This document shows, one piece after another, positions 51,886 through 60,259 of a stretch of 64,000 bases of DNA. This DNA comes from Eubacteriales bacterium (lineage in GTDB: Bacteria > Bacillota > Clostridia > Oscillospirales > CAG-272): positions 6,444 through 70,443 of the forward strand of contig JBGVEW010000071.1 in assembly GCA_045120465.1 (NCBI GenBank), read 5' to 3'. Made by a program: the position numbers and the translations under genes. Within the stretch, counting starts at the first letter, position 1; each line of letters starts with the position of its first letter. The notes under the pieces are model-generated. The model searched no databases, was not told the DNA's origin, and was given only the letters and a program-made list of their open reading frames with translations.

Positions 51886-52521
51886 ATGAAGGTACAGCAT
51901 GACAAAAACGCAACGATGACCTCTGCGTGGATCACGGCAGGCATCGGTGCGGTATTGGGACTTTTACTGATCTTGATTCCCGTCGGATTTCTCTTAAAGT
52001 TGGTGTTTACGGTGATGGGAATCGTTACGGTTCTTTCCAATCTGCCGGGATTGGCACAGGGGATCGGCACGTTTTCTACGCCCATGGGTAAGGTGTCGCT
52101 CATCTCCTCTGCCATTGCCATTCTGATCGGATGTTTGATGATCTTTTGGGATAGTGGCGTTTTGATGATCGTTCTCGGAGTGTACATGATCCTGTTGCCG
52201 TTGATCAATGTTCTGCTGTCGAAGAACCCGCGTGCGCAGATCAAAGCCGAGCTTCCCAAACTGATCCTCGGGGTGGTTTTGGTCCTTCTCGGACCTGCGG
52301 GTACGTTTGAGCTGTTGTTTGATATTGCGGGCTGGTGCGTCATTGCCCTGAGTGTTTTTTACGTGATTACGGTCTATCTGACGATGCGAAAGCATCAGAA
52401 TACCCCCGGAACACGTGTGTTTGTGGATACCGATGGAAACGGTATCGTTGATACCGTGTACGTGGATACCACGGGAGACGGCAAGGCAGATACCGCGACG
52501 AATTATAAGGAAGAACAATGA
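51886..52521 (+). CDS. membrane protein (about 6 TM) with a C-terminal tandem DxDxDG-like calcium-binding motif
   Basis: ATG 51886 with GGAGGAAC upstream. Tail sequence: VFVDTDGNGIVDTVYVDTTGDGKADT. Confidence 0.6.
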   Translation: MKVQHDKNATMTSAWITAGIGAVLGLLLILIPVGFLLKLVFTVMGIVTVLSNLPGLAQGIGTFSTPMGKVSLISSAIAILIGCLMIFWDSGVLMIVLGVYMILLPLINVLLSKNPRAQIKAELPKLILGVVLVLLGPAGTFELLFDIAGWCVIALSVFYVITVYLTMRKHQNTPGTRVFVDTDGNGIVDTVYVDTTGDGKADTATNYKEEQ

Positions 52522-53921
52522 ATCGTTATCAAAAATTAGCCTCCAATACTGTCATTCTTGCCGTAGGTACGTTTGGCTCCAAGCTGTTGGTCTTTTTGCT
52601 CATGCCGCTTTATACGACGTGGCTGACCACGGCAGAGTTTGGAGCTGCGGAATTGATCACGGGGCTTTCTAATTTTTTAATGCCGTTGGCTTGTGTGGGG
52701 CTGAGTACGGGTGTGTTCCGCTTTGCCGCAGATCGAGAGGCAGACCGCGAGGCAGTGTTTTCTACCTGTATTGTGCTCTTGGGAATTGCCTTGGGAGGAT
52801 TTTTGCTGTTCTCTCCCATTCTTTTGTTGATCAATTACGTGTCAAGCTACCTTTGGTTGGTTGTTTTGTACGTCGTTTTTGCAGATCTTCAAGCGGTGTG
52901 CGCACAATATCTCCGCGCCATCGACCGTACCGTGCTCTTTGCGGGGCAGGGAATTTTAAACACCGTTTTGGTGGTTGCGTTTAACGTTCTGTTTTTGTTT
53001 GGCTTTGGAATGGGCGTTGAGGGCTACGTGCTTTCCGTTGTCATGGGAAACGCCATCACGCTTTTGTTCCTTTTGTTCCGCGCGCGTCTTTGGAAGGTCT
53101 TTTCCTTTTCCAAGGTCAATGCAAGAATGATGAAAAAGCTTTTGCGCTTCAGTCTTCCCTTGATTCCCACTACCGTTTGCTGGCTGATCACCGATCTTTC
53201 CGATCGCTATATGGTGACCTTGTTTTGCGGGGAGAGTGCCAACGGACTCTATTCGGCGGCGTATAAGATCCCCACGGTAGTGACGCTTGTGGCAAGTATT
53301 TTTTTGCAGGCGTGGCAGTTTTCCGCCGTGGCGGAGAACACCGACCGCGAGCAATGCAAACACTTTTACTCAACGGTGTTCGGCGGCTTTTTGTCGGTCG
53401 TTATGATCGGCGCGTCGGGATTGATCCTTCTGTCCCGTGCGCTCACGGCGTTGCTTCTCAACGAGGCGTATTACGAGGCATGGCGGTATATGCCCGCACT
53501 CCTTTCTGCCGCGGCACTCGAAGCGGTGGTCTCTTTCCTTGCCAGCGTCTATCTGGTGCGAAAAAAGAGTATGCATTCTTTCGTTACGGCACTTCTCGGC
53601 GCGCTTGCCAACGTTGTGCTCAATTTTATCCTGATCCCCATGATCGGACCCTTGGGAGCGGCGATCGCAACCCTTGCAAGTTATGCCTTGGTGATGATCG
53701 TGCGTCTTGTCGATGCGCACCGTCTCATCCCATTTCATTTGTGTTGGTTGCGGTTATGCGGCAGCACCGCGTTGCTTCTTTTGCAGGCGGCGGTCATGAC
53801 GTGGGAGACTCCGTGGCGGTTGCTTTGCAGCACCGTGCTTACGGGATTGATGATCGTCATGAATGCGCCCGCGCTTCTCAAGGGTGTCAAACGGATGCTC
53901 GTATCCCGACGGGGGAAATAA
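52518..53921 (+). CDS. polysaccharide/oligosaccharide flippase (MOP superfamily, Wzx-like)
   Basis: 467 aa. MNRYQKLASNTVILAVGTFGSKLLVFLLMPLYT. About 12-14 TM helices. ATGA overlap with the upstream gene. Confidence 0.8.
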   Translation: MNRYQKLASNTVILAVGTFGSKLLVFLLMPLYTTWLTTAEFGAAELITGLSNFLMPLACVGLSTGVFRFAADREADREAVFSTCIVLLGIALGGFLLFSPILLLINYVSSYLWLVVLYVVFADLQAVCAQYLRAIDRTVLFAGQGILNTVLVVAFNVLFLFGFGMGVEGYVLSVVMGNAITLLFLLFRARLWKVFSFSKVNARMMKKLLRFSLPLIPTTVCWLITDLSDRYMVTLFCGESANGLYSAAYKIPTVVTLVASIFLQAWQFSAVAENTDREQCKHFYSTVFGGFLSVVMIGASGLILLSRALTALLLNEAYYEAWRYMPALLSAAALEAVVSFLASVYLVRKKSMHSFVTALLGALANVVLNFILIPMIGPLGAAIATLASYALVMIVRLVDAHRLIPFHLCWLRLCGSTALLLLQAAVMTWETPWRLLCSTVLTGLMIVMNAPALLKGVKRMLVSRRGK

Positions 53922-53923
53922 TC

Positions 53924-53961
53924 AAAAAAACGCTTTCTTCGAATGGAAGAAAGCGTTTTTT
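53924..53961. terminator. bidirectional intrinsic terminator between convergent genes
   Basis: AAAAAAACGCTTTCTTC-gaatg-GAAGAAAGCGTTTTTT, a 12-bp stem flanked by an A-run and a T-run. Confidence 0.7.
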
Positions 53962-53972
53962 GATTCGGTCGG

Positions 53973-54644
53973 TCAGATAATATAAAAGAAGATTCCAAAG
54001 AACTGCAAAATGCTGCCTGCCACCACAAACAAATGGAACAGGGAATGCATATAGCGACGTTTTTTGCCGAGTCCGTAAAGCACCGCGCCAACGGTGTAGG
54101 CGATACCGCCGCCGAGAATGAACAAAAGACCGGGAAGGGGAATGGCTTCCATCGCGGTTTTTGCCGCCAGAAGAATACTCCAGCCCATGCCGATATAGCA
54201 AGCCATTGAGAGCTTGGAATATTTTTTGAGGTCGATCGCGGTCAAGGTGGTTGCCATTGCCGCCAGACCCCAAACGATTCCAAAGAGCACCCAAGCCCAC
54301 ACGGGATCGTGCTCGCGGATGCAGGTCAAAAGGATAGGAGTGTAGGTTCCTCCGATCAGAAAATAGATGGTGCAATGGTCAAGGACCTGTAAAACCTTTT
54401 TTGCCATTTCGGGTCTCAGACCGTGATAGATGCTGGACATGGAGTACAACAAAATGAGTGTTGCGCCGTAAACGGAGCTACCCACCACCGCCCAAGGATC
54501 TTGACGGATAGCGGAAAATACCACGCAAAGCACCAGTGCGGCAATCCCCAAAGCACCGCCCACAATGTGGGAAACCATATTGAAAATCTCTTCGCCGCGC
54601 GTGTAATTGGGAAGCGTGCGGTCAATCAGCTTTGTTCGTTTCAT
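53973..54644 (-). CDS. hemolysin III / PAQR-family membrane protein
   Basis: Start at ATG 54644 (MKRTKLIDRTLPNYTRGEEIFNMVSHIVGGALG). 7 TM helices. Conserved His and Asp positions (YHGL.., LDHCTIY, HLF). Confidence 0.85.
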   Translation of the reverse strand: MKRTKLIDRTLPNYTRGEEIFNMVSHIVGGALGIAALVLCVVFSAIRQDPWAVVGSSVYGATLILLYSMSSIYHGLRPEMAKKVLQVLDHCTIYFLIGGTYTPILLTCIREHDPVWAWVLFGIVWGLAAMATTLTAIDLKKYSKLSMACYIGMGWSILLAAKTAMEAIPLPGLLFILGGGIAYTVGAVLYGLGKKRRYMHSLFHLFVVAGSILQFFGIFFYII

Positions 54645-54808
54645 AGGTGTTTTTCCTTTCGCTTGAGATACTACGTGGGGTAGTATAGCATAAAAGGAGG
54701 TGGAAGTCAATAGATTTTGGCAAAATTGTGGCTTTTGTTTCTACTTTTTACGGTTTTTAAAACCATATTTCGCGATATTGATTGCTTTTTCAAGGAAAAA
54801 CGACGGAT

Positions 54809-54850
54809 AAAAACAAAACACCACCCGTAAGCCATGTCTTACAGGTGGTG
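54809..54850 (-). terminator. intrinsic terminator after the zinc-ribbon protein gene
   Basis: Minus strand: CACCACCTGTAAG-acatgg-CTTACGGGTGGTG followed by TTTTGTTTTT. Confidence 0.6.
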
Positions 54851-54890
54851 TTTGCCCTACCTATATTGATCCGAAAACCGATACAGATAA

Positions 54891-55217
54891 TTAGTCCTGT
54901 GCCTTCTTTCTCAGTTCAAAGCAAGCACTGCAATATACGGGTCTGTCGCTGGAAGGCTGGAAGGTGATCTTCGCCTCGCCGCCGCAATCAGCGCATACAG
55001 CCGTGAAGTATTCACGAGGAGCCTTACCTGCGTTCTTCTTTGCATCGCGGCAAGCCTTGCAAGCCTTGGGCTTGTTCAGGAAACCTTTTTCTGCATAGAA
55101 TCTCTGCTCACCCGCGGTGAAGACGAACTCGTTGCCGCAATCCTTGCAGACCAAAGTCTCGTCAACATATTCTTTTTCTTCAACTGCTACTGCATCGTAG
55201 TTTTCATCCTGGAACAT
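54891..55217 (-). CDS. small zinc-ribbon protein (four CxxC pairs)
   Basis: Start at ATG 55217 (MFQDENYD...) with GAGAGG upstream. Motifs: CKDCGNEFVFTAGEQRFYAEKGFLNKPKACKACR ... CADCGGEAKITFQPSSDRPVYCSACF. Confidence 0.75.
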   Translation of the reverse strand: MFQDENYDAVAVEEKEYVDETLVCKDCGNEFVFTAGEQRFYAEKGFLNKPKACKACRDAKKNAGKAPREYFTAVCADCGGEAKITFQPSSDRPVYCSACFELRKKAQD

Positions 55218-55334
55218 TTGTGTGTAACCTCTCTTGTTGTGAAATTGTGTATAGTGTTGTACCCTTGGCGGATTTGCACCGCTATCTTTGCACATGGAGC
55301 AACGCTTTGTTTAAGCTATTCGGGCATAGGGGTG

Positions 55335-55910
55335 TCAGCGACACCTGCTTTCCTGTGGGGGAAGGGATTGACGCAGCTTTTTGCGGATGCGGTAAATGGC
55401 GTTTTGTACAGAACGCTCGTCGCGCCCGAATATGCTTGCAATCTCGCGGGCGGTTCTTCCCGAAAGATACATCCACCATACGCGGTTCTCGTAAGAGGAG
55501 AGGACCGATTCGATATGGCGGTAGAGCGCCAGATAATCTTCTTTTTCCATCAGTGTCCGTGCGGGATCGGCGGATTCGTCCGATTCAACGGATTCCGAAA
55601 GGCTGACCTCGCCCTCGTGCCGTTTGATGGTGCGGGCATAGGAGATCAGACGGTTGCGGATGCAGGTTTTGGCGTAAAGCCCGAATTGCACCTTTTCCTG
55701 ATCGGTATCAAAATGCTTTATGGCATGATAAAACGCGATGCAGGCCTCCTGACGGAAGTCGTCCGCATCGGGATCGGATAGTGCAAATACGCCGGTGAGA
55801 GAGTCGATCAATGGAGAATAGCGTTTGAGCAGTTCTTCAAAAGCGTGCTGTTCGCCCGCTTTTGCGGCAACCAACAGGGAATTGAGAATCGATCGGTTAT
55901 CCGTTTCCAT
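55335..55910 (-). CDS. sigma-70-family RNA polymerase sigma factor (group 3/4-like)
   Basis: 191 aa. Region 2 (DDFRQEACIAFYHAIKHFD..FGLYAKTCIRNRLISY) and region 4 HTH (SGRTAREIASIFGRDERSVQNAIYRIRKKL). Confidence 0.85.
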   Translation of the reverse strand: METDNRSILNSLLVAAKAGEQHAFEELLKRYSPLIDSLTGVFALSDPDADDFRQEACIAFYHAIKHFDTDQEKVQFGLYAKTCIRNRLISYARTIKRHEGEVSLSESVESDESADPARTLMEKEDYLALYRHIESVLSSYENRVWWMYLSGRTAREIASIFGRDERSVQNAIYRIRKKLRQSLPPQESRCR

Positions 55911-55956
55911 GTGTTTGCCGGATCCTTTCCTGATAGGGTAACGAGATTACAAAAAC

Positions 55957-55985
55957 ATTATAGCAAGTATTTTGTGAAATGTCAA
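55957..55985 (-). promoter_or_regulatory. consensus sigma-A promoter for the sigma-factor gene
   Basis: Minus strand: TTGACA (55985-55980), 17 nt spacer, TATAAT (55962-55957). Confidence 0.55.
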
Positions 55986-56161
55986 CATAATTTTTTTTGT
56001 TTTTTGAGAGCGGTTTTTACATATTGAGCGAATGTGAACAAAAAACGAATGGAATTCCTATTGATTTTCACGATTAAAGCAATTTTTCGTTGGTGATTTT
56101 TCACGATGGATATTTGAAAAGATTGTGAATTATTTTGAATGCAACTTTAACAAGAGGTGTC

Positions 56162-56203
56162 AAAAAAACGGAAAAAGGAACGAATTTTTTGGTCATTCGT
56201 CCC
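56162..56203 (-). terminator. intrinsic terminator after the DUF4364 gene
   Basis: Minus strand: GGGACGAAT-gaccaaaaa-ATTCGTTCC followed by TTTTTCCGTTTTTTT. Confidence 0.6.
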
Positions 56204-56212
56204 TTTTTTCAT

Positions 56213-56770
56213 TCACTTATCAAACAAAAAATCCATTTTTCCGGTCAGGAGTGCCATCACGCCGCGGAAGATGACGTCGGGGCGGCTGCGGAAGGTTTGG
56301 CGGATCTGATGCGTACGGTACTCGGAATCCACGTTGACGGTGGTGGAGAAGATCTGCTTTCCTTTTTCCTTGATGGAAATGGTCACGTCAAAGGTGTTGT
56401 CGTTCAGGCGACGAGCCTCGCTGTCCACCACAATCTCTCTTGCCTGAAAATCCAGATAGCGCAGAGCGCATGCCATGCTTTGATCGAGGATCGCGGGGAG
56501 AATATCGCTCTTGAGTTGCTCCGCTACCACCGCGCCCTTGCGGGTAACCTCATAAAGAGGAAGATTGTCCTTATCGTGTCCGCACTCGCTGATGAGTCCC
56601 AAATCCAGCATTTCGTGAAACGCTTCCGCAAAATCGAGGTACATCACGTAATCGTTTTGCATGACAATATCGTTTACGGTCGAAAAGCTCATGGGATATC
56701 CGATGTTCCGCATCAGATAGAGCACGAAGATTTTGACGTTATTTAAATTTCTTTTGGATGACGGTGCCAT
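56213..56770 (-). CDS. DUF4364-like protein (Clostridia-typical, winged-helix-like N-terminus)
   Basis: Start at ATG 56770 with GGAGG upstream. MAPSSKRNLNNVKIFVLYLMRNIGYPMSFSTVNDIV... Family assigned from memory. Confidence 0.6.
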   Translation of the reverse strand: MAPSSKRNLNNVKIFVLYLMRNIGYPMSFSTVNDIVMQNDYVMYLDFAEAFHEMLDLGLISECGHDKDNLPLYEVTRKGAVVAEQLKSDILPAILDQSMACALRYLDFQAREIVVDSEARRLNDNTFDVTISIKEKGKQIFSTTVNVDSEYRTHQIRQTFRSRPDVIFRGVMALLTGKMDFLFDK

Positions 56771-56860
56771 AAAAAGCCTCCTTTTTTTCGCTTTTCGGAA
56801 GGCGTAAGAACGCAACGAAGAAAGTATAACACATTTTTTTAATTTTTTCAATAGTTTTGT

Positions 56861-56889
56861 TTGCAATTTGAGATTTTTTGTGGTATAAT
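56861..56889 (+). promoter_or_regulatory. sigma-A-type promoter for hom
   Basis: TTGCAA (56861-56866), 17 nt spacer, TGg-TATAAT (56884-56889). Confidence 0.5.
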
Positions 56890-56949
56890 ATGAGGAAATA
56901 GGATTTTCTTCCGAATTTTCACTGTGAAACTACCAAAAGGAGTACTCTT

Positions 56950-58167
56950 ATGATCCAAATTGCAATTCTCGGCTTCGGTGTTGTTGGAAGCGGAACCGCG
57001 CAGGTCCTGCAGGAAAACGCCCGTCAGATCGCGTCCTACTGCGGTGATGAAGTAAACGTCAAATACATCCTCGACCTTCGCGAGTTCCCCGATCATCCTC
57101 TGGGGGATCGCGTTGTACACGATATCAATGTGATTCTTTCCGATCCCGAGGTCGTGCTGGTTGCCGAGATGATGGGCGGTGCGCACCCCGCGTACGATTT
57201 CACTCGCGCGGCGCTGGAAGCAGGGAAGAGTGTCGTTACGTCCAACAAAGAGGTCGTTGCAACCTTTGGCGCGGAGCTGTTGGAGCTGGCGCGCGCAAAC
57301 AAGGTGTCTTATCTGTTTGAGGCAAGCGTGGGCGGCGGCATTCCGATCATCCGTCCCTTGCAGACCGATCTTGCGTCCAACGAGATTCTCTCGGTCAGCG
57401 GAATCCTCAACGGAACGACCAATTTTATTCTGACCAAAATGAAAAATGAAGGTGCAGATTTTGCCGACGTGCTCAAGGAAGCGCAGGCGAAGGGATATGC
57501 CGAGGCAAATCCCGCCGCTGACGTTGAGGGCGTTGACGCTGCCCGTAAAATCGTCATTCTGGCGGCACTTTCTTTTGGTGTTTTGCTTGATCCCAACGCG
57601 ATTTCACGCACGGGTATTACCGGTATCACACGTGAGCATACCGCCGTTGCGGACAAGCTGGGATGCGCCGTTAAGCTCATCGGACACACCGAACGGATCG
57701 ACGGTAAGATCCTCGCGCTCGTCTCTCCCTTTCTTGTTGCTCCCACCAATCCGATCTGTCATGTGGACGACGTTTACAACGGTATCCTTGTCAATGCCAA
57801 TATGCTCGGCAGAGCGTTGTTTTACGGTGCCGGCGCGGGCAAGCTTCCCACGGCAAGCGCTGTGGTGGCGGATATTCTGGATGTTCTTTCCCATCGCGCA
57901 AGTGAGCGCCGTTTGCCTGCATGGAGCGTTGCGAAGGCGTCCGACATGGCGGATGCCGCGGACTTTGCTTGCCGCCGTTGCTACGTGATCGAGGGATGCA
58001 GCAAGTGCGCCGAAAAGGCAAAGGCTGCACTGGCAATCGAGGAATGTATCTTTATGGAAGGCGGCAGATTTGCGGTCGTTGCGCCCAAAATGAGCGCAAA
58101 GGAAGCCGACGCGGCACTCGCTGCGGTTGGCTTGGAGCCGGTATTCTGTCTGCCGATTCTGGACTGA
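56950..58167 (+). CDS. hom: homoserine dehydrogenase
   Basis: MIQIAILGFGVVGSG (Rossmann fold), GILNGTTNFILT, and a C-terminal ACT-like domain. Confidence 0.92.
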   Translation: MIQIAILGFGVVGSGTAQVLQENARQIASYCGDEVNVKYILDLREFPDHPLGDRVVHDINVILSDPEVVLVAEMMGGAHPAYDFTRAALEAGKSVVTSNKEVVATFGAELLELARANKVSYLFEASVGGGIPIIRPLQTDLASNEILSVSGILNGTTNFILTKMKNEGADFADVLKEAQAKGYAEANPAADVEGVDAARKIVILAALSFGVLLDPNAISRTGITGITREHTAVADKLGCAVKLIGHTERIDGKILALVSPFLVAPTNPICHVDDVYNGILVNANMLGRALFYGAGAGKLPTASAVVADILDVLSHRASERRLPAWSVAKASDMADAADFACRRCYVIEGCSKCAEKAKAALAIEECIFMEGGRFAVVAPKMSAKEADAALAAVGLEPVFCLPILD

Positions 58168-58188
58168 TCACCCGATAGGAGAATAACA

Positions 58189-59310
58189 ATGAGTGAGCAC
58201 ACGTTGGAAGCATTACGCGCCAAAGCACGGGAGACGGGGATGCCGGGGTATATGTACGAGCACGTAGAGGAACCCTTGACACCGCCTTCTTCGTTTGACA
58301 CATTGCCTTCATATTACACGGAACACGTGGAAGAAAAGAACGCAAGAGTCCGTCGATTGCTTGGAGAGACAAAGTCTCCCGAGGCGTTCGTCTTTTTCGC
58401 GGACGCTCACGTCAGACAAAACACTATGATCTCGGTTCCGATCGTGCGCTCGATTTTAGAAAACACAGGCGTTAAAACCGTGATATACGGAGGTGATACC
58501 GTCAGCGCGTGGACGACCGAGGAGGACGTTATCACCGACGTTCGGTATTTTGCGGATGCGTTCGCGTTCGCAAAGCCGTATATGGTGCGCGGAAATCACG
58601 ATATGTACGGTAAGGCGTTCGAATATACCGATTCGGGAGTGTGCAAGAGCCGCGATGAGGTATATGAGTTGATCTTTTCCGAGCAAGCTGAACGTGTGTG
58701 CGGAAAGTGGGGAAGAACCTACTATTATTTTGACAGTGAAGAGACGAAAACACGCTATATCGTCATCGATACCAACGAAATTCTGATTCCCCGTCTTGAT
58801 GAAAAAGGAATCTGGGATTGCGAGCTTTCCATTACACGGGAGCAGGTGGAGTGGTTTATCGATTCGCTTTGCGCGATCCCGTCCGATCATGCCGCGGTCG
58901 TCATCGGGCATATTCCGTTTTTCAAGGAGCTACGCTGGAATCATTACAAGGCACGGATTTTTGGAGAATTGATCGAGGCGTATAACGCAAGACGCACGTA
59001 TTCACGGATGTCTTGGGATGGCGAGGACGCGTTCGAGGTCTTTGCGGATTTTTCAAATGCTCCGGGGCGCGTGGTCCTGACCGCGAGCGGGCATGGACAT
59101 TATGACGATTTGTACGTCTCTCCCGACGGTTGCGTCAATCTGGAAATCCATTGCGATTCCTATGCCAACAACAACGGCGGAAGCCCCACCGCGCGGATTG
59201 CGGGAAGCGTGAGCGAAGCGGTTGTGGACGTTGTGATCCTTGACCGTGATACGGGAATCGTGCATACCGTGCGCTACGGAGCGGGCTTTGACCGTGAGGT
59301 ATTACGATAA
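58189..59310 (+). CDS. metallophosphoesterase-family protein
   Basis: Calcineurin-like motif series: FFADAH, YGGD, VRGNHD, GHIP, SGHGH. Confidence 0.7.
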   Translation: MSEHTLEALRAKARETGMPGYMYEHVEEPLTPPSSFDTLPSYYTEHVEEKNARVRRLLGETKSPEAFVFFADAHVRQNTMISVPIVRSILENTGVKTVIYGGDTVSAWTTEEDVITDVRYFADAFAFAKPYMVRGNHDMYGKAFEYTDSGVCKSRDEVYELIFSEQAERVCGKWGRTYYYFDSEETKTRYIVIDTNEILIPRLDEKGIWDCELSITREQVEWFIDSLCAIPSDHAAVVIGHIPFFKELRWNHYKARIFGELIEAYNARRTYSRMSWDGEDAFEVFADFSNAPGRVVLTASGHGHYDDLYVSPDGCVNLEIHCDSYANNNGGSPTARIAGSVSEAVVDVVILDRDTGIVHTVRYGAGFDREVLR

Positions 59311-59319
59311 TTTCAAAAA

Positions 59320-59489
59320 GGGGGTGAGTCAAATGCGAAATGCATTTGGCACTCACCCCCGAAATTTTTGTTTTGGCGGCTAAACGCCGCCATTTTTGCC
59401 TCATAAGAGGCAAAAAACAACAAATTCCTCGGCGCGAAAAAGCCTACCGTCGTCTTTTTCGCGCGGGGCTTCATCAATGACTCAGCCCC
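59320..59489. repeat. structured intergenic repeat of about 170 bp, copy C
   Basis: Same five-stem-loop order as 23028..23199. SL1 is 59320-59360. SL2 is GGCGGC-taaac-GCCGCC. SL3 is GCCTC-ataa-GAGGC. SL4 is a perfect 11-bp stem, GCGCGAAAAAG..CTTTTTCGCGC (59432-59464). SL5 is degenerate. Confidence 0.75.
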
Positions 59490-59493
59490 TTTT

Positions 59494-60123
59494 TTAGTAC
59501 CAGTACGCTGTTTTTTCTTTGGAGAGCACCGCTTTTTGCAGAGAGAAGAAGTAGTAGCGACGAACGAGAAACAGATCCTTTTCTTCCATTCTTGCGGTCA
59601 CGTAAAAGGGGGAGCGCTTGCGGATGCCGCGAGAGGAGAGATAGAATGGAGAGATCACGATCACGGCGTTCCCCTCTTGCGCGGCGAGCGAGCGGGCATT
59701 GGCTTTGAAAAATTCTCCCGATTCATTTTCCCAAAACAAAACGTGGATCTGCTTTTCCTTGATTTGAGAAGCAATCTCCCGATTCTTTTTCGGGGCTTCC
59801 CAGAGCACCGTCAAAAGGATTCCGAGCGAGAGAAAGATCAGAATCGGAAGGAAAAACAGCAAAAGCAGCGCGGAGAGCAGAGCGAGTGCTCCCGCTTCCA
59901 ATACCGACAGTACAAACGCTGTGAGCCGAAGGATCAGCGTTACCAACCGAAATCGGCGGAAAACGGTTACGAGGCGCATCCAATGGGCATATAGCTTTGC
60001 GGATCGGCGCGCGGTGTTCAGGTAGCTCCAAAAGCTGTTGTGATGACGAAGCCTTTGATGAGCGAAGGCTCGTTTCAGTGCGTCGGATTCGCCAAACGAA
60101 CCGTTTGAACGGTCAGCATTCAT
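59494..60123 (-). CDS. hypothetical membrane protein (two central TM helices)
   Basis: 209-aa ORF. Hydrophobic core LTAFVLSVLEAGALALLSALLLLFFLPILIFLSLGILLTVL. I recognise no family. Confidence 0.5.
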   Translation of the reverse strand: MNADRSNGSFGESDALKRAFAHQRLRHHNSFWSYLNTARRSAKLYAHWMRLVTVFRRFRLVTLILRLTAFVLSVLEAGALALLSALLLLFFLPILIFLSLGILLTVLWEAPKKNREIASQIKEKQIHVLFWENESGEFFKANARSLAAQEGNAVIVISPFYLSSRGIRKRSPFYVTARMEEKDLFLVRRYYFFSLQKAVLSKEKTAYWY

Positions 60124-60194
60124 GTCTTTTTCTCCTTTTTTACGTCCTCAATGGAATTGTGCGCCGATTTGAACAAAAAAATTCCAAAAAGCTA

Positions 60195-60223
60195 TTGTAA
60201 AAAGCAAACGGATTTGGTATAAT
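60195..60223 (+). promoter_or_regulatory. sigma-A-type promoter for 60260..61033
   Basis: TTGTAA (60195-60200), 17 nt spacer, TGg-TATAAT (60218-60223). Confidence 0.45.
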
Positions 60224-60259
60224 ATGATATTAGATGCAAAACGAGAGGAGTGAGAGCGC

